The notes below the pieces were generated by a model. That model did no database searches, was not told where the DNA came from, and saw nothing but the letters and a program-made list of their open reading frames with translations. From Patescibacteria group bacterium UBA2105 (GTDB taxonomy: Bacteria; Patescibacteriota; Minisyncoccia; Phycocordibacterales; UBA2100), in contig DCYR01000003.1 of assembly GCA_002331495.1 (NCBI GenBank), positions 19,727 to 76,361 of the forward strand: a stretch of 56,635 bases of DNA, given 5' to 3'. Position numbers and translations under genes: made by a program. Positions 1-8,124 of the stretch are shown piece by piece. The number at the start of each line of letters is the position of its first letter. Position 1 is the first letter of the stretch.

Positions 1-30
1 GGTCGCAGGTTCGAATCCCGCCCGCGGAGC
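1..30 (+). tRNA. 3' end fragment of a tRNA gene (possibly tRNA-Asn-like), cut by the window edge
   Basis: The window opens with GGTCGCAGGTTCGAATCCCGCCCGCGGAG. It has a T-loop TTCGAAT and a 5-bp T-stem GCAGG/CCCGC with one A:C mismatch. A 7-nt acceptor 3' strand CCGCGGA and discriminator G follow, with no encoded CCA. The implied U1 and G73 recall bacterial tRNA-Asn. Only about 30 nt are visible. Confidence 0.45.
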
Positions 31-1610
31 AAGATGGGATTCTTCGAGTAAGAATCCTCCAAAGCCTTTTGTTTTTCTTCGTCTTTCAGAGGTTCTAACC
101 TCTTATGAATCCGCTTCACCTCCGGCGAGGCTTTTTTTAGTGGCAAAAGCGCATTCGCGGTGTCAATGCTGAGTTTTTTGTCTTTCAGAATGAGGTTCGA
201 ACCTAGCTTGAGGAGTATCTTCTTTTTCTCCCGTAAGCTCTCCTCATCCCTGTATTGCGTGCTGGCGTCCCGAGCGAAGTCGAGCATTTCCTCGGCTTTG
301 CCGATCCAGTCGTCTGTACGGGCGTCTGTGTCGTTTATGAGGGCATGCAGGCGCTTCTTCTCCCGTACCTCCTTAAACTTCTTATTTCGGTATTCCTCCT
401 CTGAAATCTCGCCACTGGCTCTCATGTCGATGAGGGCGTCCAATTTGCGCACAGACGCGTTATATGCGCCCTGGTGGTTGCTCATGACATCATTGCGCTC
501 TCCGGTCTCTTTCTTGTGTTCGTGCTTGAGCCACGTCATGGCCCAGCTATGGAAGTCAGCCGGAATCTCGATTTTCTCAATTTCTTCAGCAATCTGTCGT
601 TCCAGCTCCTTTACTTCGATGCAGGGCTGGTTGCAGACACCGCGCTTCTTGGTGCAGTGGTAGTAGGTGTAGTAGTGGACGTTGCCATTTTTCTGGTGCT
701 TTTCTTTGTCCTCGGCCGTGATGCCACATCCGCATTCTCCGCAGAACATCATGCCGGTGTACGCGAAGCGATGTCGGCGTGGCCGAGCGATACCTTTCCG
801 TCCGAGCACCGCAAGTATCTGATGATGCTCTTCTTCGGTGATCATGGCCGGAAGCTTGCCCTCGTGCCAGTTACCACTTCCTTTCGGATACTCGAAGATA
901 CCGCAGTAAAACGGATCGGTGAGGAGCCGGTAGAAGGTGCTGCGTGCCATCGGCTTGCCATTCTTCATGCGGAAGCTCATTTCGTCTTTGGCGATGCGTG
1001 CCGCTTCCACCGCATTGCATTCTTTGCGCATCACCATTTCAAAAAGCTTGCGCAGCTGGTCGAAGCGCTTCTTATCTTTCTTGATGATCTTCATGCCTTT
1101 GGACCGATCGGGTGTGTTGAGGTATCCGACCGGTGCCGGGCATGGATACCAGCCCATCTCTACTTTCCGCCTGAGTCCGCGCTTCACGTCCACACCTTTG
1201 GTGTCGTTCTCAAGCTTTGCCTGACTGCAGAGGAGGTTCAACAGGAATTTGTCATTGGGCGAGTTGGAGAATGTCTGCCCAGGTACTTTCACTTCTTTGA
1301 GTTTGCCGATGTCGAGGAGATAGATAACGTGACCAGTGTCCACCGAGTTTCGTGAGAGTCGGTTTGGATTCCACAGGATGATGCCGTCTGCTTCTCCTTT
1401 CTCAATCCGTTTGATCATTTCCCCGAAGATGGGTCGGCCGGGTGCTTTTGCTGAATAGGATTCTTCCAGCACGTCTTTTACGTTCAGTCTCTCGCGCTTG
1501 GCTAGAGCGATCAGTTCTGATTTCTGTGAGTCAATCGAGAGCACCTGCCGATCTTCCTGTTCTGACGATTTGCGGACGTAGAGGAAATATCGGGTGCTTT
1601 CGTCTGTCAT
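1..1610 (-). CDS. Large serine recombinase (resolvase domain + recombinase domain + zinc ribbon); C-terminus runs off the window
   Basis: Manual translation from the ATG at 1610..1608 gives MTDESTRYFLYVRKSSEQEDRQVLSIDSQ... (catalytic Ser motif). It continues ...GIILWNPNRLSRN..., a Cys cluster FCGECGCGITAE...YYHCTKKRGVC, then a coiled-coil-like tail. The frame stays open for 536 codons to position 3. It is missing from the ORF track because it has no stop in the window. The + strand ORFs 160-663 and 474-1355 are its antisense shadows. Confidence 0.85.
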   Translation of the reverse strand, partial: MTDESTRYFLYVRKSSEQEDRQVLSIDSQKSELIALAKRERLNVKDVLEESYSAKAPGRPIFGEMIKRIEKGEADGIILWNPNRLSRNSVDTGHVIYLLDIGKLKEVKVPGQTFSNSPNDKFLLNLLCSQAKLENDTKGVDVKRGLRRKVEMGWYPCPAPVGYLNTPDRSKGMKIIKKDKKRFDQLRKLFEMVMRKECNAVEAARIAKDEMSFRMKNGKPMARSTFYRLLTDPFYCGIFEYPKGSGNWHEGKLPAMITEEEHHQILAVLGRKGIARPRRHRFAYTGMMFCGECGCGITAEDKEKHQKNGNVHYYTYYHCTKKRGVCNQPCIEVKELERQIAEEIEKIEIPADFHSWAMTWLKHEHKKETGERNDVMSNHQGAYNASVRKLDALIDMRASGEISEEEYRNKKFKEVREKKRLHALINDTDARTDDWIGKAEEMLDFARDASTQYRDEESLREKKKILLKLGSNLILKDKKLSIDTANALLPLKKASPEVKRIHKRLEPLKDEEKQKALEDSYSKNPILLRGRDSNLR

Positions 1611-2713
1611 TTTAGATATTTATCTATATTAGTTTGATGCTCTGCATAGGTTGCAGAGCAATGAATAATGCCTTCACTGTCGTGAAGATAGTAGAAGCAG
1701 TTTGTTTCTTCCGGATACAGCACTGCTTCAATTGCTGCGATGCCTGGATTCGCGATCGGATGTGGAGGAAGTCCGTTGTAGAGGTAGGTATTGTAGAGCG
1801 AATCAATGTTCTGTGTGTCTCCTGCAGAAAGCGGTGCCCACCAATCATCTATACCTCGATACTCTACGCTTGGCTGAAGTATTTCCGAATTGAAGCAAAG
1901 ATCATTTTCAGGATTCCGTGCATAACTATCAGGGTCTTCACATGGGTCATCTTTGTACGCTAGTCGTGTGTCGCGTGCATATTGGACCGTTGCGTCTATA
2001 TCGAGTTTCTGATCATTCAAAAGTCGGTTCCATAGGACGCCTGCAATCAGGGGCATGTCGTCTTTTCCAGCTGCTTCACGTTGTACGAGTGATGCGATTT
2101 TGAGGAGTGTCGTCCATTTTATATTTTGTGCAGTTGCTTCATTGAGATGTGGTGCAAATTCTTCGTTGAATTTTGCACGGAGTCTGTCTGCCACTGCCTC
2201 AAGTCCCTCGTCCACCGGAATGAGATACGTGTCCGGGAAGTACACACCCTCCACTTCGTCAAACGTCATGGAAGTGTAAGTGTTCACCCAACTGCTTTTC
2301 TGTTGCCCAGTCCAGCCAAGTGTGTCTCCAATGAGTTCCGCGATCTGTTCTTTGCGCAATCCCTCGGGAATAATCACCCATTTCATGTACGGCCCTTTCT
2401 TGAGTACGCGTGCAACCTCCCAGGCGTTCATGCTTTTTGAGATTTTGTATGCGCCGGGTTCAATGTCTGTGTTGCCCAAAGCAATACTTAAACCAAAGGT
2501 GCTCCTGACGAAGCTTTTCTCTGCTAATTCTTCTATCGTTTTCTCTGTCGTTTGATCGCCATGCCCGAACGGAATGGTGAATTGCTGTGGCTCTGTGTTC
2601 TTGTACGGCGCTCCAAAGAGACCCCAGCTGAGGAAAATGCCCACTGCAACAACCACAAGAGCTATTGCTCCGCTGATCACTATCTTTTTGTTGAATCTAG
2701 GTTGATTTTCCAT
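1607..2713 (-). CDS. mltG: Endolytic murein transglycosylase MltG/YceG family
   Basis: It has an N-terminal TM segment and the motifs LASLVQREA and YNTYLYNGLPPHPIANPG...FYYLHD, typical of YceG/MltG. Its TGA stop overlaps the recombinase ATG (ATGA at 1607-1610). Confidence 0.85.
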   Translation of the reverse strand: MENQPRFNKKIVISGAIALVVVAVGIFLSWGLFGAPYKNTEPQQFTIPFGHGDQTTEKTIEELAEKSFVRSTFGLSIALGNTDIEPGAYKISKSMNAWEVARVLKKGPYMKWVIIPEGLRKEQIAELIGDTLGWTGQQKSSWVNTYTSMTFDEVEGVYFPDTYLIPVDEGLEAVADRLRAKFNEEFAPHLNEATAQNIKWTTLLKIASLVQREAAGKDDMPLIAGVLWNRLLNDQKLDIDATVQYARDTRLAYKDDPCEDPDSYARNPENDLCFNSEILQPSVEYRGIDDWWAPLSAGDTQNIDSLYNTYLYNGLPPHPIANPGIAAIEAVLYPEETNCFYYLHDSEGIIHCSATYAEHQTNIDKYLK

Positions 2714-2931
2714 GTTATTACAACACTGGTCCCAATGCCTGAAGAAGTCAAACGTGTGTCTCCTGTGGGCACGAGGTTGTTTTTAAGGGGTCTGTACTAT
2801 CTCGTTTTTCTGCACTTCACCAGCTTTTGAGTATTTTGACTCCTGGTGAAATTATATCGTTTTTCTTTCTTTCTTGGTATCTCCTTTATTTAAGCGATTA
2901 ATTTGTTCCGGGTGTCTGATTTCCACCCCCG

Positions 2932-3022
2932 TTTTGCCCAACTTTTGCCCAACCAAACTGGTGAAGTTTTGGTGAAGCATTGGTGCAATTTTTGGTACAG
3001 TTTTGGTCCAGTGTTGGTACAG
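2932..3022. repeat. Phased 11-bp direct-repeat (iteron-like) array
   Basis: TTTTGCCCAAC occurs twice, at 2932 and 2943. Six TGGT(G/A/C)(A/C)A(G/A) units then start at 2959, 2970, 2981, 2993, 3004 and 3015, spaced 11, 11, 12, 11 and 11 nt apart. The array lies between the mltG start and the stop of the wHTH gene. Confidence 0.7.
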
Positions 3023-3053
3023 TTTTTCATTTTGCCTCGTGCCTCCTCTATGC

Positions 3054-3578
3054 TCACGACCTCCGGTTTTTCGGACTGTTCATGTTAAATGAACGTATTA
3101 ATTCTTTTTTCTTTTTATATATCTCTCTTATTCGGGGGTCCGGATGGTGCTTTTGTAAGAGGTCATTCCGTTCTCTACCAAGAGCACTTTTTGCACCTTT
3201 GGTATTTGCGATCGTGCTCGTATCTGTGAGACGATAGACAGTGCCACCATAGCGAACACCATTGGCGGACCTTTCGCGTCTAGTCTCTATAAGTCCCAGC
3301 TGTACGAGTTTCTTTCGTGCGCTCTTGCAGACTCTCGTTGAGAGCTTGTACTGTTCAAATCCACAAATTGCCCCGTCTTTTGCGGTGAACAGTTTGTCTG
3401 TGTGCCAGAACGATCCATCTTCTGACTGCTTTCCGTACTGATTGAAGAGTTTGAGAAGTACCATCAGGAAGTGGAACTCGGCATGCGTGAGTGAGTCAAC
3501 AATCGCTGGATTCTCAAGCAGCGCGTGCGGCACTTTGAAGAACCCTTTACCGGTTCGCCTGGGTGACTTCGGCTTCAT
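3054..3578 (-). CDS. Winged-helix DNA-binding protein, replication-initiator/replisome-organizer-like (tentative)
   Basis: The likely start is MKPKSPRR at 3578. FFKVPHALLENPAIVDSLTHAEFHFLMVLL and ARKKLVQLGLIE resemble N-terminal wHTH modules of phage/plasmid Rep or DnaD-like proteins. The gene reads toward the iteron array. Confidence 0.4.
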   Translation of the reverse strand: MKPKSPRRTGKGFFKVPHALLENPAIVDSLTHAEFHFLMVLLKLFNQYGKQSEDGSFWHTDKLFTAKDGAICGFEQYKLSTRVCKSARKKLVQLGLIETRRERSANGVRYGGTVYRLTDTSTIANTKGAKSALGRERNDLLQKHHPDPRIREIYKKKKELIRSFNMNSPKNRRS

Positions 3579-3756
3579 TTTTATCTTTATCGTTATCTTC
3601 CTGCGCACGTTTAGACGCAGATTCCCAGGCAAATTTGTATAGATCAATCAGGTTGTTGGCACGGAAGACCGCCTCGCGTTCGGTCAACTCTTTGCCATAG
3701 CGCTTTTTGTAGAGAGTTTGAAACTCCCGTATTGCTTCGGCCGGGAGCATACTCAT
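3547..3756 (-). CDS. Hypothetical small protein (69 aa)
   Basis: The ORF sits in an operon-like chain with 3753-3989 (4-nt overlap) and 3054-3578. No motif was recognised. Confidence 0.35.
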   Translation of the reverse strand: MSMLPAEAIREFQTLYKKRYGKELTEREAVFRANNLIDLYKFAWESASKRAQEDNDKDKNEAEVTQANR

Positions 3757-3989
3757 TCGTAGATCCTCGCTTTGAGGACCTGTAGCTGCTGGTAGTACTC
3801 GTTAGGCTCGACCGAAAGCTCGCGGTTGAAGAACCGCTCGATATCCGTATCAAGCGCGGAGCTTCGCTTGAAGACGAACGTGACCCGTTTGGAGCTGCCT
3901 TTCTCTACCTCTTTGAGTGGGTGCCACAGCGCGAGTGTTGCAGCGAGTGCGAGGTTGTTGGTCGCATAGCGACCCCTGGATGTTTCCAT
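3753..3989 (-). CDS. Small protein, DUF5659-like (tentative)
   Basis: The 78-aa ORF contains LALAATLAL...VTFVFKRS...FFNRE...LKARIYE. This resembles the small DUF5659-type proteins common in phage/CPR mobile DNA. The call is from memory and is weak. Confidence 0.3.
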   Translation of the reverse strand: METSRGRYATNNLALAATLALWHPLKEVEKGSSKRVTFVFKRSSALDTDIERFFNRELSVEPNEYYQQLQVLKARIYE

Positions 3990-4288
3990 TTCATAGTGGC
4001 AGTGCGTTAGCTAATAAACGAAAAGACGGACCAGCATGGGAGAAACTAGTCCGGTCGGGTCACTCTTCGCGTATCTTTTTCTTATCGTTATCTACATCAC
4101 TTTGTTTCCTCGGGATTAGAAGAAACAAAAAAAGACCGATGCCTTCATCTGTCGCCGGAGCGACAAGCAATCAGTCCAATCGAGAATCGTTTTTTATCTT
4201 TATCTAAATCGTGAGCCTTTTCGTATCTTTATGATACCCATTCCGGACCGCTGCGCCAAGGCGCTTTGTGGATAATTGATACAAAAGA

Positions 4289-4317
4289 TTGACATTTGCG
4301 TAAATAGCGAATATCCT
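4289..4317 (+). promoter_or_regulatory. Sigma-70-like promoter for the + strand cassette
   Basis: TTGACA lies at 4289-4294, followed by a 17-nt spacer and TATCCT at 4312-4317. An alternative -10 (GATATAAAAT, 4321-4330) lies 8 nt before the ATG at 4339. Confidence 0.35.
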
Positions 4318-4338
4318 TACCGATATAAAATACTATTT

Positions 4339-4560
4339 ATGAAAAAAGGAGAAAAAGAACAACGTTTTAAGAGACTTGCGTCATCTCGTACCAACGACAT
4401 CCTCAATAAACTCAGGGTACTTAGTAACTGCTCTAACCGGAGTGCTTATGATTATTCTGAAGAAGACATCAATAAGATCTTCAGTGCAATCGAACGTGCG
4501 GTTAAAGAGTCACGTTCAAAGTTTTACTTCCCTAAACAGAAAGACGGTTTCAAACTATAA
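4339..4560 (+). CDS. Small hypothetical protein (73 aa), first gene of the helicase/ParB cassette
   Basis: Internal ATG of track ORF 4276-4560. The product is MKKGEKEQRFKRLASSRTNDILNKLRVLSNCSNRSAYDYSEEDINKIF.... It ends 8 nt before the helicase start. No domain was recognised. Confidence 0.45.
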   Translation: MKKGEKEQRFKRLASSRTNDILNKLRVLSNCSNRSAYDYSEEDINKIFSAIERAVKESRSKFYFPKQKDGFKL

Positions 4561-4568
4561 AATAGGCT

Positions 4569-6146
4569 ATGTCATTCCTTTCTAAACTTTTTGGAATTCG
4601 CAACACTGGTCCTGACTGGAGCTTCCAAGTCACTGCTATCTCGGCTGTGATTCGAGATTTTCAGCAAAACATTGCTGGTCGCTTTCTTCTGGTGTTACCA
4701 ACGGGCGGAGGAAAAACACTAACGGCAATCAGATCGTTGAATGAAATGCTGAATAAAGGGATGATCTCTAGAGACGATAAGGTGTTGTGGATCGTTCACA
4801 CCCTTTCACTTCACACCCATGCTGTAAAGAATCTTCAAAAAGAGGCACATTACTCGAAATTCTCTCTCAATCAAGAATTGAAGTCGATAGTTGACGTAAG
4901 AATGAAAGCCGAAGCCGTAAAAGAATTGGCAAAAGGAAAGAAGTACAAGCTTATAGTTATAGATGAGGCACATCATGCGGCAGCGAGTACTTACCGAGAA
5001 TTCTTTGACTATCCAATTGGAATACTCGGACTTACAGCGACCCCTCACCGAATGGATAAACTTGGTTTGCCATTCGAGAAAATATCCTACTCAATTACAT
5101 TTCGAGAATTGGTTAGGCGCGGAGTTGTACTGCTTCCGAAATTTCTTCCCGAAGTAAGAACGAATATAAATGTGCAAGCGTCTTCTTTGCAGGACGAAAC
5201 CCAACTGGCTAAATTCAACAGCCGAGAGAGAAATCAGCTGGTCTCGCACACCCTTTTTCAGGAGGCGGAGAAACACAATTTTAAGAAAGTCATTGTGTTC
5301 GCTGGTACAAATGCGCATGTAGAAAGACTCTACGATGTCATAAAGGCAGATAATGCATCTTCGAAAAACCCTTTCGCACATGTGGGATTCATTTATGGTG
5401 GCAACAATAATGAGAAAGGCATGACAAATGAGAAGTACCTGGAGTGGCATCAATCTCAAGATTCATCGATTCTTATCAACTGTAAGATACTTAACGAAGG
5501 CTATGACGATCCAAACATCGACACGGTTGTCATGGCGACCCCAACAAACTCAATTCTTTACTACCTCCAATGCATCGGACGTGTTGTCCGAACACCAGAG
5601 GATCATGCAAATGCGAAAGCGTACGTCGTTGAGATAGTGGACAGATTACCGAATGTGGCATATCGCATTGATAATCGGTGGCTCTTTGCAGAAATATCAG
5701 ACTACTTAGAACCACTAATCCAAGACATAAAAAGCCCGTGGCCATTTCGTGTTTGGACCACCTTCCGGAATCTCATTAAATTCAAAGTTAAGTTCGGAGA
5801 TCTATCTGCTTCAGACATCATGGCGTTACTGGCTGGTAAGCGTACAAATCTACTTCTCTTTAACGACGTACCGAACACACATCGAGGCAAATGGAGATTG
5901 ATGGCAATACCTGAGGGCGATATGAAAAAGATCAGCATGTTCAATGATCTATCAGAGAACATTGATGAGTATTACAACATAAATCACGATTTCATACTCG
6001 AGAAAAACTATCCAGACATATTTAACAAAGAACCTTATAAGAATCGCGTGTATCGTTCAAGTTTAATGGCCGCTTTACATCGCGCGTCACTACTTAAAAG
6101 TAAAAAAGAAAGAGTCGACACGTTGATATATTTATCAGTACAATAA
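4569..6146 (+). CDS. Superfamily-2 DEAD/DEAH (ResIII-type) helicase with an unassigned C-terminal region
   Basis: Motif I is LVLPTGGGKT and motif II is LIVIDEAHHAA. Motif III is GLTATPHR, motif V is ILNEGYDDPNID and motif VI is QCIGRVVR. I recognise no motif in roughly the last 150 aa. Confidence 0.85.
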   Translation: MSFLSKLFGIRNTGPDWSFQVTAISAVIRDFQQNIAGRFLLVLPTGGGKTLTAIRSLNEMLNKGMISRDDKVLWIVHTLSLHTHAVKNLQKEAHYSKFSLNQELKSIVDVRMKAEAVKELAKGKKYKLIVIDEAHHAAASTYREFFDYPIGILGLTATPHRMDKLGLPFEKISYSITFRELVRRGVVLLPKFLPEVRTNINVQASSLQDETQLAKFNSRERNQLVSHTLFQEAEKHNFKKVIVFAGTNAHVERLYDVIKADNASSKNPFAHVGFIYGGNNNEKGMTNEKYLEWHQSQDSSILINCKILNEGYDDPNIDTVVMATPTNSILYYLQCIGRVVRTPEDHANAKAYVVEIVDRLPNVAYRIDNRWLFAEISDYLEPLIQDIKSPWPFRVWTTFRNLIKFKVKFGDLSASDIMALLAGKRTNLLLFNDVPNTHRGKWRLMAIPEGDMKKISMFNDLSENIDEYYNINHDFILEKNYPDIFNKEPYKNRVYRSSLMAALHRASLLKSKKERVDTLIYLSVQ

Positions 6147-6157
6147 GAATTAAAGTT

Positions 6158-7315
6158 ATGGCAACCAAAGCAGATCTATTAAAGGAAAAAGATATTAAAA
6201 TTGAGGATCTTTTGCTCGATCCGAACAATCCTCGTTTTTCTAAGCACTTGGACGAGATCACCCCGCTCGACAAAGTGGCGAACGAAGAAATCCAAGCTCT
6301 TGCATACGCGCAAATGAATGACGCCACAAATCGATTTGAGATCGACGAATTGGTTGAAGCTATCATGGCAGATGGGTTCATTCACGTCGACAAAATATTT
6401 GTCAAAAAGACAGACAAGAAGTATCTGATTATAGAGGGTAACCGCCGTGTAACTGCAATAAAGAAAATTTTCAAAGACTTCTCTGGAGAAATCACAGCAG
6501 ATTTAAAACAGCAGATCACGACAATACCCTGCATCGTTATAGACACCAAAGAACCCGGTGCAGAGAACATGATTCGTAAGATTCTCGGCTTGCGTCATCA
6601 TGGATCAATTTTGCCCTGGAAACCACTCCCAGCTGCTTTCAACCTATATCAGGAATACATGGTCGCGTATTGCGAGGGAGATATAGAGAAAGCGAAGGAT
6701 CCAAACAACTTCGTCTACCGCCCTGATGTGGCAAGACAAGTAGCTGCAATGTTTTCGGTTAAATTTAACGATGTCCGCCAAAAAGTAAAACTCTATCGAG
6801 TGTATCTACAGCTGATCGAGATGTCTCGACGACACCAGGCTGTAGAAAATTCAGATTCTTTCTCAATGATCGAAGAGACTCTGGGAAGAACCGCGCTAAA
6901 AACATTCTTTGAATACGACGAGAGTCGTTCAGTATTCTCAGATGATGGCGTAGAAAAGATCCTCGATGTTTACTTTGGCCTTAGAGGTAAGCAACCTGCC
7001 ATTACTGAAGCGTCCGCTGGTAGTTCAAATGTTCGCGACTTCGCGTATGTAGTTTCAGAAGGAACCGAAGAAGATATCAGACGAATTACTGTTGATCGAG
7101 AAAAAGCAAGTGTTGTAAAGGCTGAAGTTGAAACTAAACGATCTCACCGCTCTCTTCAAAACACCCTAGAATTAGTATTGAACGAACTGAACAAGATCAA
7201 TCTTGGTGAAATTGGAGCAGATGGCTTTGCTCCAAACGAAACAGAATACATTGCGAGTATTGACAAGAAAATGAACCAGCTTAAGCGTGCGGCAGGTTTA
7301 CAAGACTCGAACTAG
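6158..7315 (+). CDS. ParB/Srx-fold N-terminal domain protein with an unassigned C-terminal two-thirds
   Basis: IEDLLLDPNNPRF, ELVEAIMADGFIHVDKIFV and YLIIEGNRRVTAIKK match the ParB N-domain boxes (NPR box, GxRR box). The start lies 11 nt after the helicase stop. Confidence 0.65.
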   Translation: MATKADLLKEKDIKIEDLLLDPNNPRFSKHLDEITPLDKVANEEIQALAYAQMNDATNRFEIDELVEAIMADGFIHVDKIFVKKTDKKYLIIEGNRRVTAIKKIFKDFSGEITADLKQQITTIPCIVIDTKEPGAENMIRKILGLRHHGSILPWKPLPAAFNLYQEYMVAYCEGDIEKAKDPNNFVYRPDVARQVAAMFSVKFNDVRQKVKLYRVYLQLIEMSRRHQAVENSDSFSMIEETLGRTALKTFFEYDESRSVFSDDGVEKILDVYFGLRGKQPAITEASAGSSNVRDFAYVVSEGTEEDIRRITVDREKASVVKAEVETKRSHRSLQNTLELVLNELNKINLGEIGADGFAPNETEYIASIDKKMNQLKRAAGLQDSN

Positions 7316-8121
7316 AGGTTCCTGGTTGCAAGCACTTCTTTTACTTTCTTTCTATTGCCGGTACAGCTGATAACGCGAGGAGCATCTATAATTCGTATCT
7401 TATATCCAAGCGACTTATACAGTTTCAAAATGCGAGGAGTTGCTTCGTTTGAAAGAATCACTGGACCTTTATGCTTAGACAACCACTTTGCGACTTCAAC
7501 TTGATCGTCCCAAGAAAATCCACCAACAGAGTATTGCGTAAACGGAACGTCATATGGAGGATCTGCATAAACAAAGTCATCGTCTTTCAGCTTTAGTTTC
7601 CTAAAGTCTTTATGCGTGAACTTCCACTTACCAAAATAAGTTTTGTATTCCGAGAAATCTTGGAGGTAATTTATGGTCTTATTTCTACCGAAAGGGATAT
7701 TATAAAAACCACTATTATTAAACCTGCACAGACCATTAAAGCCGGTTCTATTGAGGTAATAAAATAATTCTGCTGACTCTGGTGTATTGATTTCTCCATC
7801 TCTAATCAGATCATTGAATCTATCCCTATTTTCATAGTATGAGTCTGCATCGTTCTTGAACTTCAATTTTGTTTTTAATCCTTTCTTTAGTTGGAAGTAG
7901 AAATTAATAACGTGAGGATTGATATCATTTACCCACGCTTTTTCTGGGAGCAGTCCAAGAGAAACCGCCAACCCTCCACAAAATGGCTCTACAAATCTTT
8001 TCTCTTTATGAGCTTCCCATAATGGTTTGAGGTAAGGCAGTAGCCACCTCTTACCGCCAGCCCATTTTAGAGGGGGTCTTATGCCACCGTTTGAGCTTTT
8101 TAAATTAGAGGATTTCTTCAT
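7312..8121 (-). CDS. dam: Dam-type (D12 class) N6-adenine DNA methyltransferase
   Basis: PLKWAGGKRWLLPYL, the SAM motif EPFCGGLAV, and the catalytic motif YADPPYD. Its stop shares the tetranucleotide CTAG (7312-7315) with the convergent ParB-like gene. Confidence 0.85.
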   Translation of the reverse strand: MKKSSNLKSSNGGIRPPLKWAGGKRWLLPYLKPLWEAHKEKRFVEPFCGGLAVSLGLLPEKAWVNDINPHVINFYFQLKKGLKTKLKFKNDADSYYENRDRFNDLIRDGEINTPESAELFYYLNRTGFNGLCRFNNSGFYNIPFGRNKTINYLQDFSEYKTYFGKWKFTHKDFRKLKLKDDDFVYADPPYDVPFTQYSVGGFSWDDQVEVAKWLSKHKGPVILSNEATPRILKLYKSLGYKIRIIDAPRVISCTGNRKKVKEVLATRNL

Positions 8122-8124
8122 AGA

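Noticed and set aside
160-1355. Long + strand ORFs (160-663, 474-1355, 937-1224) in the ORF track
   Set aside because: Their products are low-complexity and lack motifs. They lie exactly antisense to a motif-rich serine recombinase frame, so they are shadow ORFs.
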